Below the pieces are notes generated by a model. It was not told the origin of the DNA. It was given only the letters and a program-made list of their open reading frames with translations, and ran no database searches. A stretch of DNA of 64,000 nucleotides from Catajapyx aquilonaris (lineage: Eukaryota): NCBI GenBank assembly GCA_000934665.2, contig JYFJ02000540.1:1-64000 (forward strand), in the 5' to 3' direction. The stretch's first letter is position 1, and each line of letters begins with the position of its first letter. Below, in pieces: positions 49,929 through 61,700 of the stretch. Position numbers and translations under genes: made by a program.

Positions 49929-50228
49929 CTTCAGGGGATGTGACGATTGAGGCGACGTCACTTGGACGACTTGCACCCAGCTCGTTGACCGCTAGGACTC
50001 TGAGGTGGTAAGGCGTCGCGGGGGTCAGTCCTGCTACGACGCCACCCTTTTGGGTACCATGCACGCTGACGTTTAAGGCTCGGAGGGACCAGTCCTCGCT
50101 GGCTCCTTTGTACTGGACCACATAGTGGGTCAGAGGACTGTTGCCGTCGTAAGGAGGTGACCAAGCAAGGGTCACGGCGCGGCTTCGGACTTCCTCGACT
50201 CGGACACCCACTGGCGACTCTGGCGCCT
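49929..50228 (-). CDS. Dscam: Dscam exon, FNIII-1
   Basis: EAPESPVGVRVEEVRSRAVTLAWSPPYDGNSPLTHYVVQYK...LTPATPYHLRVLAVNELGASRPS. Acceptor ttttcag|, donor AAG|gtacca. Confidence 0.93.
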
Positions 50229-50672
50229 CTGAAAAAAAAATCAGTAACCATGTACAACCCTTCAAACATCCATAAGTCTTTAAAAACTAGTGGTACAGTA
50301 CGTCCCAAGAATCTGCAGATCCTGTACACATTTCAAGAGGAAGAAGTGCATTAGACTGCAATCATTTAATCTTGTACTGTACCCGCTTCTTTTAACCACA
50401 CAGTGTGCCTTCAACTAGGTTAAGTAATTGGACAGTTCCAAGGAATTGCTGCAACTGCGGGCAAAGTGAAAGGAACTGTCGGTTACAGTACGCCCAAGCA
50501 GTTTCGAACCAACTCAGCCGTATCAACGCAGTGCAATCACAATGTATTAGATGATTGGGGTGTTCTTTATTTCACGACCCAACAGAGCGGTTCAGCCATG
50601 CTATTTCTCATCCTCTCAAAGCCTTAGAACTTGGCAGCAGAAATGCTTTCCAAAAAAAAATCCGTTCCTCAC

Positions 50673-50963
50673 CTTTGACACTGAGATGAATATTGAGCTC
50701 ATCACGTCCGAATTCATTTGACGCCATACACACGTAGCTTCCCGAATCGTGTCTGGCCACTCTGGGCAGCAGAAGCTCCGAGGTGACCCCTGTGGGCGTC
50801 CTCATCTCCTTGGGCGTCGGTCGCGTCCTGGTCACACTCGACGAACCTTCACCGCTCCAGGCAATTTGTATCGGGAAGTCTCCCTCGGCGTCGCAGATCA
50901 GCACCGCGTCCTCACCAGCAACCGCCGTCTGATTCACACTCTTGGTTCGAAAGTGCGCCGGAA
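50673..50963 (-). CDS. Dscam: Dscam exon, Ig9
   Basis: VPAHFRTKSVNQTAVAGEDAVLICDAEGDFPIQIAW...DSGSYVCMASNEFGRDELNIHLSVK. Acceptor actttag|, donor AAG|gtgagg. Confidence 0.93.
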
Positions 50964-51773
50964 CTAAAGTAATGCAAAGTTTGCTGTGTAAATGGACAGT
51001 TTTCTCGCCCCTAAAAAAGCAGGCTGTCACCTCCAGATGCAATTAAGAATTTACATCCCCTCAGCGAATCCTCTTCAAGACACAATTTGCTTTATCAAAA
51101 AAAGAAAAAGTGGGGGAAGGGCCTAGAAATTATATAGGAATGGACGTCACTTCCAGCCCCTCCATTTTTAGCCAACTTTTTGGGCCACCCACTTTATAAA
51201 AAAAAAGTTGGTGGAAGCCAAATTAGCTCGATAAGTTATCTGCGGATGGCTCCAATGACTTGGCCACACGGCACTGTAAATTAAAGGAAAGGGACGCTGA
51301 TCGGATTCCAATTTTGGGGCAGAGAATCTCGATTTACCCAAGGGGTAAACCCGGCAATCTTCCTCTAAAATTATGCCTTATCCAAGTTACTCCAGGCTAC
51401 AATGTGTTGGTGCCCAGTTCAACAGAGCCCTAATTGTGGGTTGTTTATCCAGGTAATGGAAGTAATACTCGAATGAATATCTTGACCATGGTCTGGACTA
51501 TTTCCTATTAAACGATTGGATTGTTAGTTGGAGTAAACAGCACATAACTTCTATACGTGTAATTCCCTCTCGCTGAATCCTTCTCCAAATTTATACACCG
51601 CGTGTGTACATCACAGTCTCAGGTAAGTCCCCCTCACAATTATTTCTGGGAAAAGGTAAATCTGCCTTGGCGCAACCCATTTCCTAGAAGCCCTGTCCTA
51701 ATGGCTCGAGTGAAATGCAAGTAGATGCGCATCCTAAGGGAGGGAACAAAGGGGAATAAATAAAGACACTTAC

Positions 51774-51947
51774 CGTTGACTCTGACGTAGACGACTTTGC
51801 TGCGACCAGATCCGATGCCGTTGTTTGCCTGGCAGAGGTAATACCCTTCGTCCGGTCCTTCCGCGTCGCGTACTATTAGTGACCCGTTGGCCGGTAAGGA
51901 CACTCTCCGAGAATACACTATGGGCTGGTAGTCAGCCGGCTGGGTTC
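51774..51947 (-). CDS. Dscam: Dscam exon, Ig8 C-terminal half
   Basis: GTQPADYQPIV...NGSLIVRDAEGPDEGYYLCQANNGIGSGRSKVVYVRVN. Acceptor cccttag|, donor ACG|gtaagt, phases match. Confidence 0.93.
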
Positions 51948-53410
51948 CTAAGGGACAGAGAAAAAGCCAAAAGGTCAGCTTGGTCAAAGCAGTGGTGCCA
52001 AATATCCACAAAATTCAACATATTAAAAAAATACAGAATATCGCAATGTTATAAAATGGCCTAAACAAGGCAGTCTGCAAATAGGTATATCTGTTTATTA
52101 AATAATATGAAATGATGCAAAATGTATTGGGGGGAATAACAAACGATATGGTTCGATAGTTTATTATTCAGCAGGATCATATTGGTGAATTGTCGTGTGC
52201 AAAACAAATAGCTGCACTTATACGGTACACTACCAGTGCTAATACAAATAATGTAGATGAGTTTTGCAGGCCTTCATTTTGCATAATAGTATACGCGTAG
52301 TTAGCAGTAAAATGTGGAGTTTGCACATTTTCACGTGCCAAAAATCTGTACTTCGCACGGCTTGTAAAATATTATTTTACCACTGTATTTTCATAAATCA
52401 CTCTTACTTCAAAATGAGTAAGCCAGAAAAAATAAATAAAACAACTGCACTGTACGTGTTTAATGCGCTTACGAGCTCAAAGGGGGAAAAATACTACAAA
52501 TTCATGCGCAAGTTACAGTTGTGGTTACCGCCTGAAAATTCATGCGCACCACCAGTTAGCAGCACTGTTGAAATAAAAATTTCAGGCAGCAATAAAGGTT
52601 TTGTGGGCCTTGCTAATGGCCAATTACAACCTAAGAACTTTTCCATCAACAACTAAAACCAATATATTTTTTTGTGTACCTGAAACAAAAAGTCTCATAG
52701 GCAACATAGGGGTAAAAATTTAATTATGTTGGCAAAACACCCGCTAAAAATTAATTTCCGGGTTTAACTCGCCCATTTTCAACGCGTCCAAAAAAAACCC
52801 CCACACAATATCCCCCCACCAACCATTTATACTCTTGCCTCTCTCTACACACACCGAGGGTAACAAATAGCACCCAGATACTTTCATGGCAGCTTGGCAG
52901 GTATGCCCCACCGATATTTCCCGCCGCCGCAAAAATTATCACGCAGCACAATCCCAACAATATGACCCCCGTGTAAATCTCCGCGTTTGACACCCCAGCC
53001 CAGCATGGCATCCCCCAAATAATGCCCAAATTCAATTTGAGTCCGGCAGCCCGCAGTGAACCACCAAAACAACCCAAGGGCCTAGCTCTGGCCATACCGC
53101 CGCTGCCTGTATACATATACACAGGTACAGTAGGCTACATACAGTACATTCCCTCACAAAAACATCGGTCCACCATTATTTACACTGCTTATGTATCACA
53201 TACTGTACTACAAGAGGTATGGAAATAAACAAATATTATTACAGTATGACCTGTATGTAACATATCCCTGAGATCTGCAGTTACCTGTTCAATATAAAAT
53301 GTACAGAATCATAATTAAAATTTTGCTCATTACGCAAAAAGTGCTTGTTTGTTGATGAAAAATAAATTATTGCTTGTTGACGTAAATATATTGCTATTGT
53401 TGATTACACG

Positions 53411-53535
53411 AATAAATTAATATTCGTTCATTACATGCATAAATTAATATCCGTTCATTACGGGCATAAATTAATATTAATTCATTACATAAATTAAATA
53501 TTTGTTAACGACATAAATTAAATATTTGTGAACGA
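53411..53535. repeat. Short degenerate tandem repeat (~27-nt unit)
   Basis: Recurring CATAAATTAATAT(T)CGTTCATTAC-like units. Confidence 0.65.
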
Positions 53536-54988
53536 AATAAATAATAATTGAATGATTTTGAATACAGGTGATACAGGTTTTGAATACAGGTATATAAATG
53601 AGGAGCTTCTGTTTGTTGCATGTGTAGCTGAAACATGTTAATTAGGAATAATTTCCAGTGAAAGCAGCGAGACCTGCAGTTTGTTATAGGCCTTAGCAAG
53701 TGGCACAGTACACGTGCAAGGATCGTAATTAACCCATTATTTATGACCCAGCAAGTGCCGGGCTGCTACAAATCAACTGTATACCCCCCACTTGTACTTA
53801 AGAGCACCCTCCCTTTGGTATACCCCTTTTCCTTATTATGTTTGGGCAACAGTCGAGCCCCCTGGAACATTAATCGGGCATGAAGGTAGCAGATGCAGCC
53901 CCTAAAGTCCGTTCCCCTTAACAATCGCTCCTTGGGTTTTGCCCCCCCCCCCCTCCAAACACCCCCTCGCTTTTATATAACTCATTCGGCCGGCCCTTAA
54001 TGAGCAAATTCCTCCGAGCTGTGCAGCCAAGGCATTGTTGACCCGGCCTATTATTAATGTGGGTGGGCTCGATTTTGCCACTGGCTGGATCCAACTTTAG
54101 GCCCTGGCGCCTTGTCCCATTAGGCCTGCTCATATTGCAATTTAGGGCGGTGTACTGCGGGGACTAATGAGTCATAAAGCAAGTAGTTTTTCCACCCAAA
54201 CCTTTTCGCGCACTACTCCATTTCAGCTGGGTGGGAGGGTGGTTGGCCAGTGGTGCAAAACAGCGGGCCTAAAATTGGTTTCTATTAGGACGGCGTTATT
54301 GCTGGATGCAGCTATTTGGGAAATGTGTCTCATTTGGGTCGAAAAAGCTTGCTGGCAACAATTCAGGGGGGCCCCGGCAACGACCGACCATTAATCACGG
54401 TTACATGTTGGCAGGGTGTGTGTTGCAGTGTGGGTGTAGAGAGAGAGAGGGGGGGGGGGGGTCCAAAATACATCCGTCAATCCAATCACAATATTTGTGG
54501 CTTGTTTATGCTGCGACGTGCCTTGTGTATGCAAGGTGGCGCGGGGATTTCTGGCGCGGGCAATTAAACAGTTTGGCATAGTTTAGATGTCGAGGGTGAC
54601 ACGCGAAATTGAACGGGCAAAGTCAAATCTCCCCCACCACGCTAACAAGTATTGTCAATGTGTGTTTTGTGCGCTGGGAAGGGGTCGTTTTGTTAGTTGG
54701 AATCTGTCAGGTGCTCACTTGGCAGGGAAGCTCGGAAAATAACATTTGGGGAGGTTTGAGTGACCAAATTTGGCGATTATTTCTACCTGATGGGATGGAA
54801 CGGATTAGCTTTAATTGCGGGGTATAATATTAGTGCAGGTCTCCTTGGGTGATGTAGGCTGCACACCCATTAGTTCTCTAACAAGGTAAAATTTGCGCAA
54901 AAAGAGAAACATTGTCACCTTGTAATAGTGAAAAAATTAGTGTCCAAAAATTCAAATAACCTATGCCACCAAAACATTTAAGAAAATA

Positions 54989-55175
54989 CCGTCAATTGGG
55001 GTGAGATTGTGCCAGCTCATTTTTTGGACAACAGTGCACCCTAGCGCGAATTTTAATCATCAATGCCAACCTTGACCATCCCTTAATGTAGTAAAACATG
55101 CATTAATTAGCTAGTTTACGCCTGCTGCCACTGTTGTCCAAAAATCCGTTGGCACAATCTCACCCCAATTGAAGA
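54989..55175. mobile_element. Tc1/mariner-type MITE
   Basis: TA|CCGTCAATTGGGGTGAGATTGTGCCA...TTTTTGGACAACAGTG versus CACTGTTGTCCAAAAA...TGGCACAATCTCACCCCAATTGAAGA|TA. ~50-bp TIRs and a TA target site. Confidence 0.78.
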
Positions 55176-56764
55176 TATATTAGAAAAATAGAAAATAACA
55201 TTAGAAAATTCTAATATGCATGCTTCTAGTCTGGTTATTAACATTTGACCAATTTTAATTAACGCACGACTTGGCACAAAATTGTCATGCCTGTAACTTT
55301 GATATTTTTAGTCAAGAAATTATACGCCTGACTACTCTCTCGGTTTTGTTACATATTCTACTCATTTTTAATGATACTGTACGCGCTCACATATGCCAGA
55401 GAAGCGTAAAATTCGAAACTATTTTCGGTTTCCTACATTTTACTACAATTATAAATTAACAACCCCCGCAACTTCGCTTGTTCACACATATTTTTTTTTT
55501 AACTATATGATCCTGGCGGCGTTTCTCTAAATAGAGCTCGAAATTCCTGACCCGCACTGTTAACCCTCGGAGCGTTTTGTGCTATTCATATAAACACAGC
55601 TGGCCTGTTGAGTTATGCACTGCGAGATCATTAATTAGGCAGACTTAGCAGCCTGCGGACCTCACAATAGCAGAAGTCACATCGCCCTCGGAAAAACACA
55701 AATTTTGAAAGCCCCCCCCCCCCCCCNACCACTAGTGTTATCCATGTGTCTGACTAAAACTGGTTGGCCTCCCCCTCGACATATCCCGAGTACTTCACAG
55801 GATTCCTCCCCGTGCATTTTCCAATTAGGACGACAACAGCACAACACTCTAAATGAGTGTAACATCGTCAGAGCGCGACAGTAACTGCTGTACGGGTATT
55901 ATTTCATTCCGGGGGCTATCCTCCCCCCCCCCCTTGCAAAACTATCCGGCACAGAGTGTTGCATGAAACCCCATTTTTCACGGCCGACATATCTGTAAAT
56001 AGCCGTTCTTTTGAGCCCCCTGTTTTTGGCACCCAGCTGGAATGGAAGGGTTATAATGGGGGAAGTCCCCCTATGTTCATATAACACCCAGATCGACGGT
56101 CCAGTTGGCACCGGATACCCATTTTTTATCAACCTGCCTTTGAATTTCCGCTTTTCGCTCAATATTTCCAAATTGCAATGGAGGAAATAAGTTCACAGGA
56201 GAGAGAGCACGTGTACGGAGTTATAATTAGAGTCCCAGCGAATATATATAAATCGGCTAATTAGGGGGAGGGAACGACGCTCATTTTGCGGCCTGAAACA
56301 CCATTAATCTCAGATCCTATTGTGATCATTACGGAGCATGTACAGGTTTTGGAGGCTGGGAGGAAAAAAAAAATCCAGGCATTTTCCGGGAATGAAACCA
56401 GTAAAGAAAAGTGCTCCGGATCTTCCGGTTGGAGTTTAACCCAATCGGTTTCCCAGCCAATCAGAGAGCTTGGTACTCAAACTCGGTTGAGTGCCGATCG
56501 ACGTACCCGGATCAAAATTCTTTTTTTGGGGGGGCGCTCTCTAAGAAATAAAGTTTTACTGCCAAAAACTTGAAGGAGAATGGAAAGAAACATGATCCTG
56601 TTATATACCTTGATAATGACTACAACTTTTCCGGATGGAGGGGGATGTATAGGGATAGAAAACAAAAGTTGTGTCTGCTTCTTTCCTTTGTCTCCCGATG
56701 GGTTTGGATCGCCTGAAGGAAGCGGAAACACAATGGAAAAAAAATATAGACAAAAAAAACTTAC

Positions 56765-56884
56765 CTGCTGCTTTCATCCAGGTGATGCTGGGCTGTGGAA
56801 ACCCATGGGCTTGGCAGTTCAGGTACACTGTTTCTCTGTATAGAACCGCAGTGTCTTGAGGTTCCATCAACCACGTAGGAGCCA
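56765..56884 (-). CDS. Dscam: Dscam exon, Ig8 N-terminal half
   Basis: VAPTWLMEPQDTAVLYRETVYLNCQAHGFPQPSITWMKAA. Acceptor ttacag|, donor CAG|gtaagt. A 67-nt intron separates it from the Ig7 exon. Confidence 0.93.
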
Positions 56885-56951
56885 CTGTAAAATAGGACGT
56901 ATTAAATATTTATCCGTCTGAAAGGTCGTGTGTTGTGAGTAAAATGGCCAC

Positions 56952-57233
56952 CTTTAACTAGTAGCTTGGCAGTGAAATTGGCAGTTGCAGCGTCGTTTGT
57001 GGCAATGCAGGTGTAGTATCCGTTGTGTCTGGCCGATATGTTCATGAACAGCAGGTTGCTGACAAACTTGTTGCGTTGCTCCAGCAAATCCAGGTTCTCC
57101 GGAAGGGGCCTTCCGTCCTTCAGCCAGGCAATGGTGATCGGAAAGTCACCAGAGATGATCGAGCACGAAACTTGTGCTCTCATCCCTTCACGAAGATTAG
57201 GCGGAAAGTGAAACGGTGCTATCTCCGGTGGTT
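56952..57233 (-). CDS. Dscam: Dscam-family exon, Ig7 domain (most 5' exon visible; upstream exons lie outside the window)
   Basis: Translates EPPEIAPFHFPPNLREGMRAQVSCSIISGDFPITIAWLKDG...HNGYYTCIATNDAATANFTAKLLVK, a typical Dscam Ig7 I-set domain. Acceptor tttgcag|, donor AAAG|gtggcc, phase 1-1. Confidence 0.93.
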
Positions 57234-58652
57234 CTGCAAATATTCGCAAAGAAAATGGGCTTAAATTAACACAATCTCAATTTCCATGCACGACACCGAT
57301 AACAGCATAATATGACTGACTTTTATAAAAAGAATTTGGCGCTTTGCTCTGACACTATTCAAAAAGAGACAAACATCCCCTGCACAAATGAAGATTGGTT
57401 CCCTGGGTGTCCTGGGTGCAGTTGGCGCCCGGAAGCAATTGATCATCCTTATCAAGGGACAAAACTCTAATTAATTTACGCCGCGGTGGAATGGCCGTGT
57501 AAGTACGGAGCCATCGGGATACGAGCTCGCGCACTTTTCCTGTGGGGAAACATCCTAATAATTTTAATGGCGGTTTGCGAGGGGTCGCAGGGGACACTAG
57601 GCTGCACTAATCCTATCTGGCACCTACCACCGAGGCCCATCTCTAGTGACCCACATTTTAGCGGGTATGAGGCTGGACAGTCCGGCTTGTCCCCTCAGGA
57701 ACTGCAAGGCTGGTTTCTTCATCCAAAACATTGTGGTTGGCAAAATCTGGCAGAACCATGTTCATACTGCGGACCGAGTGGTTTGTAAATTCTGGGAAGA
57801 GTTGATGGATTAGTCACTCCAATATGTTCGCAAAGAAACTAATCCATCAGCCAGATGGTCAACGTGGGCTGTATGACTGGTTTAATGCGATTAAACTCAC
57901 CTGGGTGAGAATCGTAACATAATTGGAAGCTAGGTCATTGCGAATTCTTGAAGCTTTTCTGGACCGGACTGAAACTAAAATAGAGCTGATTTTCCCTCCA
58001 TTCTTTCCCGGAGAAAACGGTTGCTCCGGCCCATTTTCTTTTAGAAATCCGACGCCTGGCCGGGAGCCTAACGAAGTTTCATCAATCGATTGATGGCACA
58101 TTCATGGGCCTCTGGGGCGAAAGAGACAAATTGGATCCCAGAGGAAAGATCCACTGCAACTCTGGAGACAAAGGTGAGGAAAGAGGGGGGAAAACCTTGA
58201 GAGAAAAGATGCCGCCCTCTCCACCTCTTCCTCCACTCTGTGCTTGCACCTAACTCTTCTTACTTCCCCAAAATTTCGACCTTCCCTTTTCCTCATCTGA
58301 CGAAGGAAAATTTAACTCACAGACGCAGTCAGCTAATTTCTTCTCAATGCCCCCCCAGAACCTATTACTGCCTAATGATATGGAGATTAAGAGCTTCATT
58401 AGTTTGGATTCTCGTTGACTGAACATTCCGAGGCGCATAAATCCGGAAACTCCGCGAAAAAAAGTTGACATCCTGGAGCTTTACGGGCTCCGGACCTGAA
58501 TAGAAAGCGGTTATTTGCACACAGGAATGTGGCATCGTGTGCTATGAAACTGAAGAAGGTTTGCCAATTGAAAGTTTATTTTTATTCTAATCAGAACCTG
58601 TAACAATTCGCGATATTGGACTTTGAAATTTGCGTCTTCCAGTTTAAGCTCT

Positions 58653-58724
58653 CGCTAGATGGCAGCAACCAAGAAGCGAACGGGGAAATAGATGGCAGCA
58701 AAACTGAATGCTGCCATCTGGTGT
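58653..58724. promoter_or_regulatory. Cluster of three CTCF-like AGATGGCAGCA motifs
   Basis: CGCTAGATGGCAGCA and AATAGATGGCAGCA on the plus strand, CACCAGATGGCAGCA on the minus strand, all within 72 bp. Confidence 0.4.
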
Positions 58725-61700
58725 CGCATAACCTTAAATGCATTGCAGTTCCAATGCAGTGTAGTTTATTTTTACAGCCTCTCCAGCTACGATCCGGCCT
58801 CCAAACACTGCAAACAAAGGAAGCCTTTCCAGCCGCAGCCCTTTCCTGGTCCGTTTTGGGTGTGGGAAATGCGGCTTTCTCTCCAAATCGATGCCTTCCA
58901 ACTTACCCTTCTCTTTTACTTCTCTGAATCCGGATAATTGCAGCGAGGACGTGCGAGATCGAACCAGCAGTACTATTACCCGCAGACTCTCCTCTCATGA
59001 TGGGAGGTAATACTTTCCTTCCCTCGATCTACAGTATCGCTGATCCCAATTGATCCGAGACTATAGGCAGGGAGAGGCTACTATCAGCTTTGAGCTCTAT
59101 CTCTGCTCTCATAACATCCTATAGACTTCACTGGATTTTCGACACCGTTGCCTGAGTTCACTTGCAGGCACCAAAGTTTATCATTTCGACTTGTCAGCCT
59201 TCTTCTTTTAGTGTCTGCCCATTAGTCCTTCTCTAATGACAAAGCTTTTTTTTACTCTGGATTAATTACTCTTCACAATGCCACTTTTTACCCTTCTTCT
59301 TTCGGCGTTTCTCCTATGCTCCTGATTTGCCTTCTCTTATCTCTGTGATGTTGCGGAATGCTGACTTGCAGAGTGCTTCTTCATTAGTACAGACGCCTTG
59401 TCCAGGAAGTTTTCAACTTTGCTCGCCGGCAACTTTATCTGATGAGCACCGGGGCGGGAAAACAGCGGGGCCTTGGACTTGTCTCTACGGAGGCGTTCAC
59501 TTCCAAGGAGCCTGCGTGTAAAACGTAAAAAGTGCCCCTCTCGGAATTGCGCTACCTGCCTATAATTTGATACAATTACTGGAGACGACGAGGCTGAAAG
59601 TTAGCATTTCATCGGTTTAACAAAGGGGTAGTAGTCGAGTAAAAAGTTATATGACTTGATACGACTGCGAACAAAGAGAAAGAACGTGATGATGTGATAA
59701 TTGCGACCTGTCTCAAGTATTTCCCTTTTACATGTTCATTTTTTAATACGGTAGGTTTACTGACTGCCTACATCTCAAGGATTGTTCCTTCTTGTAGTCC
59801 AATTTGAATAGCACACCCGGAAAATGACGAAGAGCCCCGGAAAAGCGACTCCTGTAAATCGCCTCCCAAGACTTTCCCGCTCTTGGAAACGCTGCCAGTA
59901 AATTCAGGTCGGACTTGTGGGGTCCTTGCTTCCACCCGATGTTGAGCTTGCTCCTGGGGAGTTACGACACAAGTGGGGCCGTATCTCGCCCCCAGGCTTA
60001 TCGACAGGCCTAACGGGCAATCTATTATCCTCTCGGAATCAGATGGCGGCTGCCTAAGTTTTTGGTGGTGTGAAGGGTCCAGTGTCTACAGCAAAACCCG
60101 TGCCTGTTGCCAACCCTAGCGGCTTAACTGGCCGCCCCCCTCTCAAACTCTCTGGAATTTTACTGGTGAGAGAAAGGGTAAACACACTGGAGAAGAAGCT
60201 GCTGCTTTCCCATGAGATACGTCCTAGCTACAGTAGATGGGGATAGTCTACCTTCCTTCTTATAGGACTTTTGACCGGTCGTTTCCCCTCTAGGCTCTTT
60301 ACTGCCCGATTCTATGGCTTTTACACGAGGCATTAGGCCCAATATCTTTCCAAACAGGCGGAGGTGTAGCCCGGTCATTAAACCCGGTTACGTGGGAATC
60401 ACTTTTCTTCAATGTCCGTTTTATGTATGGAGCTTACGTAGTCTCCGCCCGTTATTAGGAAGCTTCGGCGATAAAGGTACGGGAGGCGACTCCCGGATAG
60501 GAGGATACAAAACGGGTAGCCATAGTTGCTGGATCATCACTGCCGGTCCATACAAATAGGAGCCAGCATGGGGGGACGATATTGCCAAAAGTGACTCGCG
60601 GTTAGTTTTACGACAGTGGCCGGAAATCGTTAACAAACTAACAATAACTGCGAGCAGTCTTTAACAGATAAATTTATCCTGAAGCCATTTTTCAGGCTAA
60701 CAATGTTGCCAAGATTCGTAAGCATGAAATTAAAAAAAGAGTTGCAACATCTGCTTTAAAAATATGGCTGGCAGAAAAATTCAGCCGGGAGCTACATTTA
60801 CGACAGATGTATTTTCTCCTCTGGTCCTGTCAGACCGAATGCATAATAGAAGCAGCAAGAGGTCCGTTTATTTACAGGCACACCCAGCGTGTGTATCCGC
60901 CTGCAATGACAGCATGGTGTGAAATAGACTTTACTGTAGTATGCACACGAAATGACGTTTTCCAAGAGCTACTTTTGTGGGTAATATTCGCACGTTATGA
61001 CTTCCAAAAGTTGCAGCGATGTTTATCATATTAAACGATTGCTGTACCAATTTAAAATATGTAATATGTAAATTGTGAAATTATTAGCATCATCGGAAAT
61101 TACGCAAAATTAATAACCTGTCGAATCTGGATGGCACTTTGTTCTCCCCAATCTTCTATACGTCACAGGCAATGCGTATCAAAATTACGGGTATTCTGTC
61201 CTTTTTTGCGGTATCTGGATACATCTGGCTCTTTTCCCATAAAAGCTGCATGGTGGGACAGACGCTCAGAATCGATATAAAAAAAGCGGATAATAGGCAG
61301 GCAGTTGGAAGGCCTCGCACATAACCTGCCACTAGCCACATGATATCGGATGAAACCGTAATTTCCACTTTAAAAAATACGGTTTGATTCGAATCAAATG
61401 TATAATGTCACTCAGACAGCACCATTCATGTGCACAGTTTGAATCAATTTGAAACTATCCAATGGAAAGACAGCTGAGTTATTATTTAAGCTCCGGAAAT
61501 TTCATTTAGTAACGTCAAAGCGAGTTAGGACGATATAGATCTAAAATGTTCGCAAATTCTTTAATAAACATAAGTGCCCATTTGAGCCATCTATTTTCTG
61601 CGCAAAAACTCAAACTTACGTTGACGTTCAGCCAGAGCAAGAGAATCCAATGCATATTCAGTTTGGGCAACTTTACGTGAAGTTTGTATGGCCAGCGATT

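Noticed and set aside
55727..55727. Ambiguous base N at the end of a poly-C run
   Set aside because: Sequencing or assembly uncertainty, not biology.
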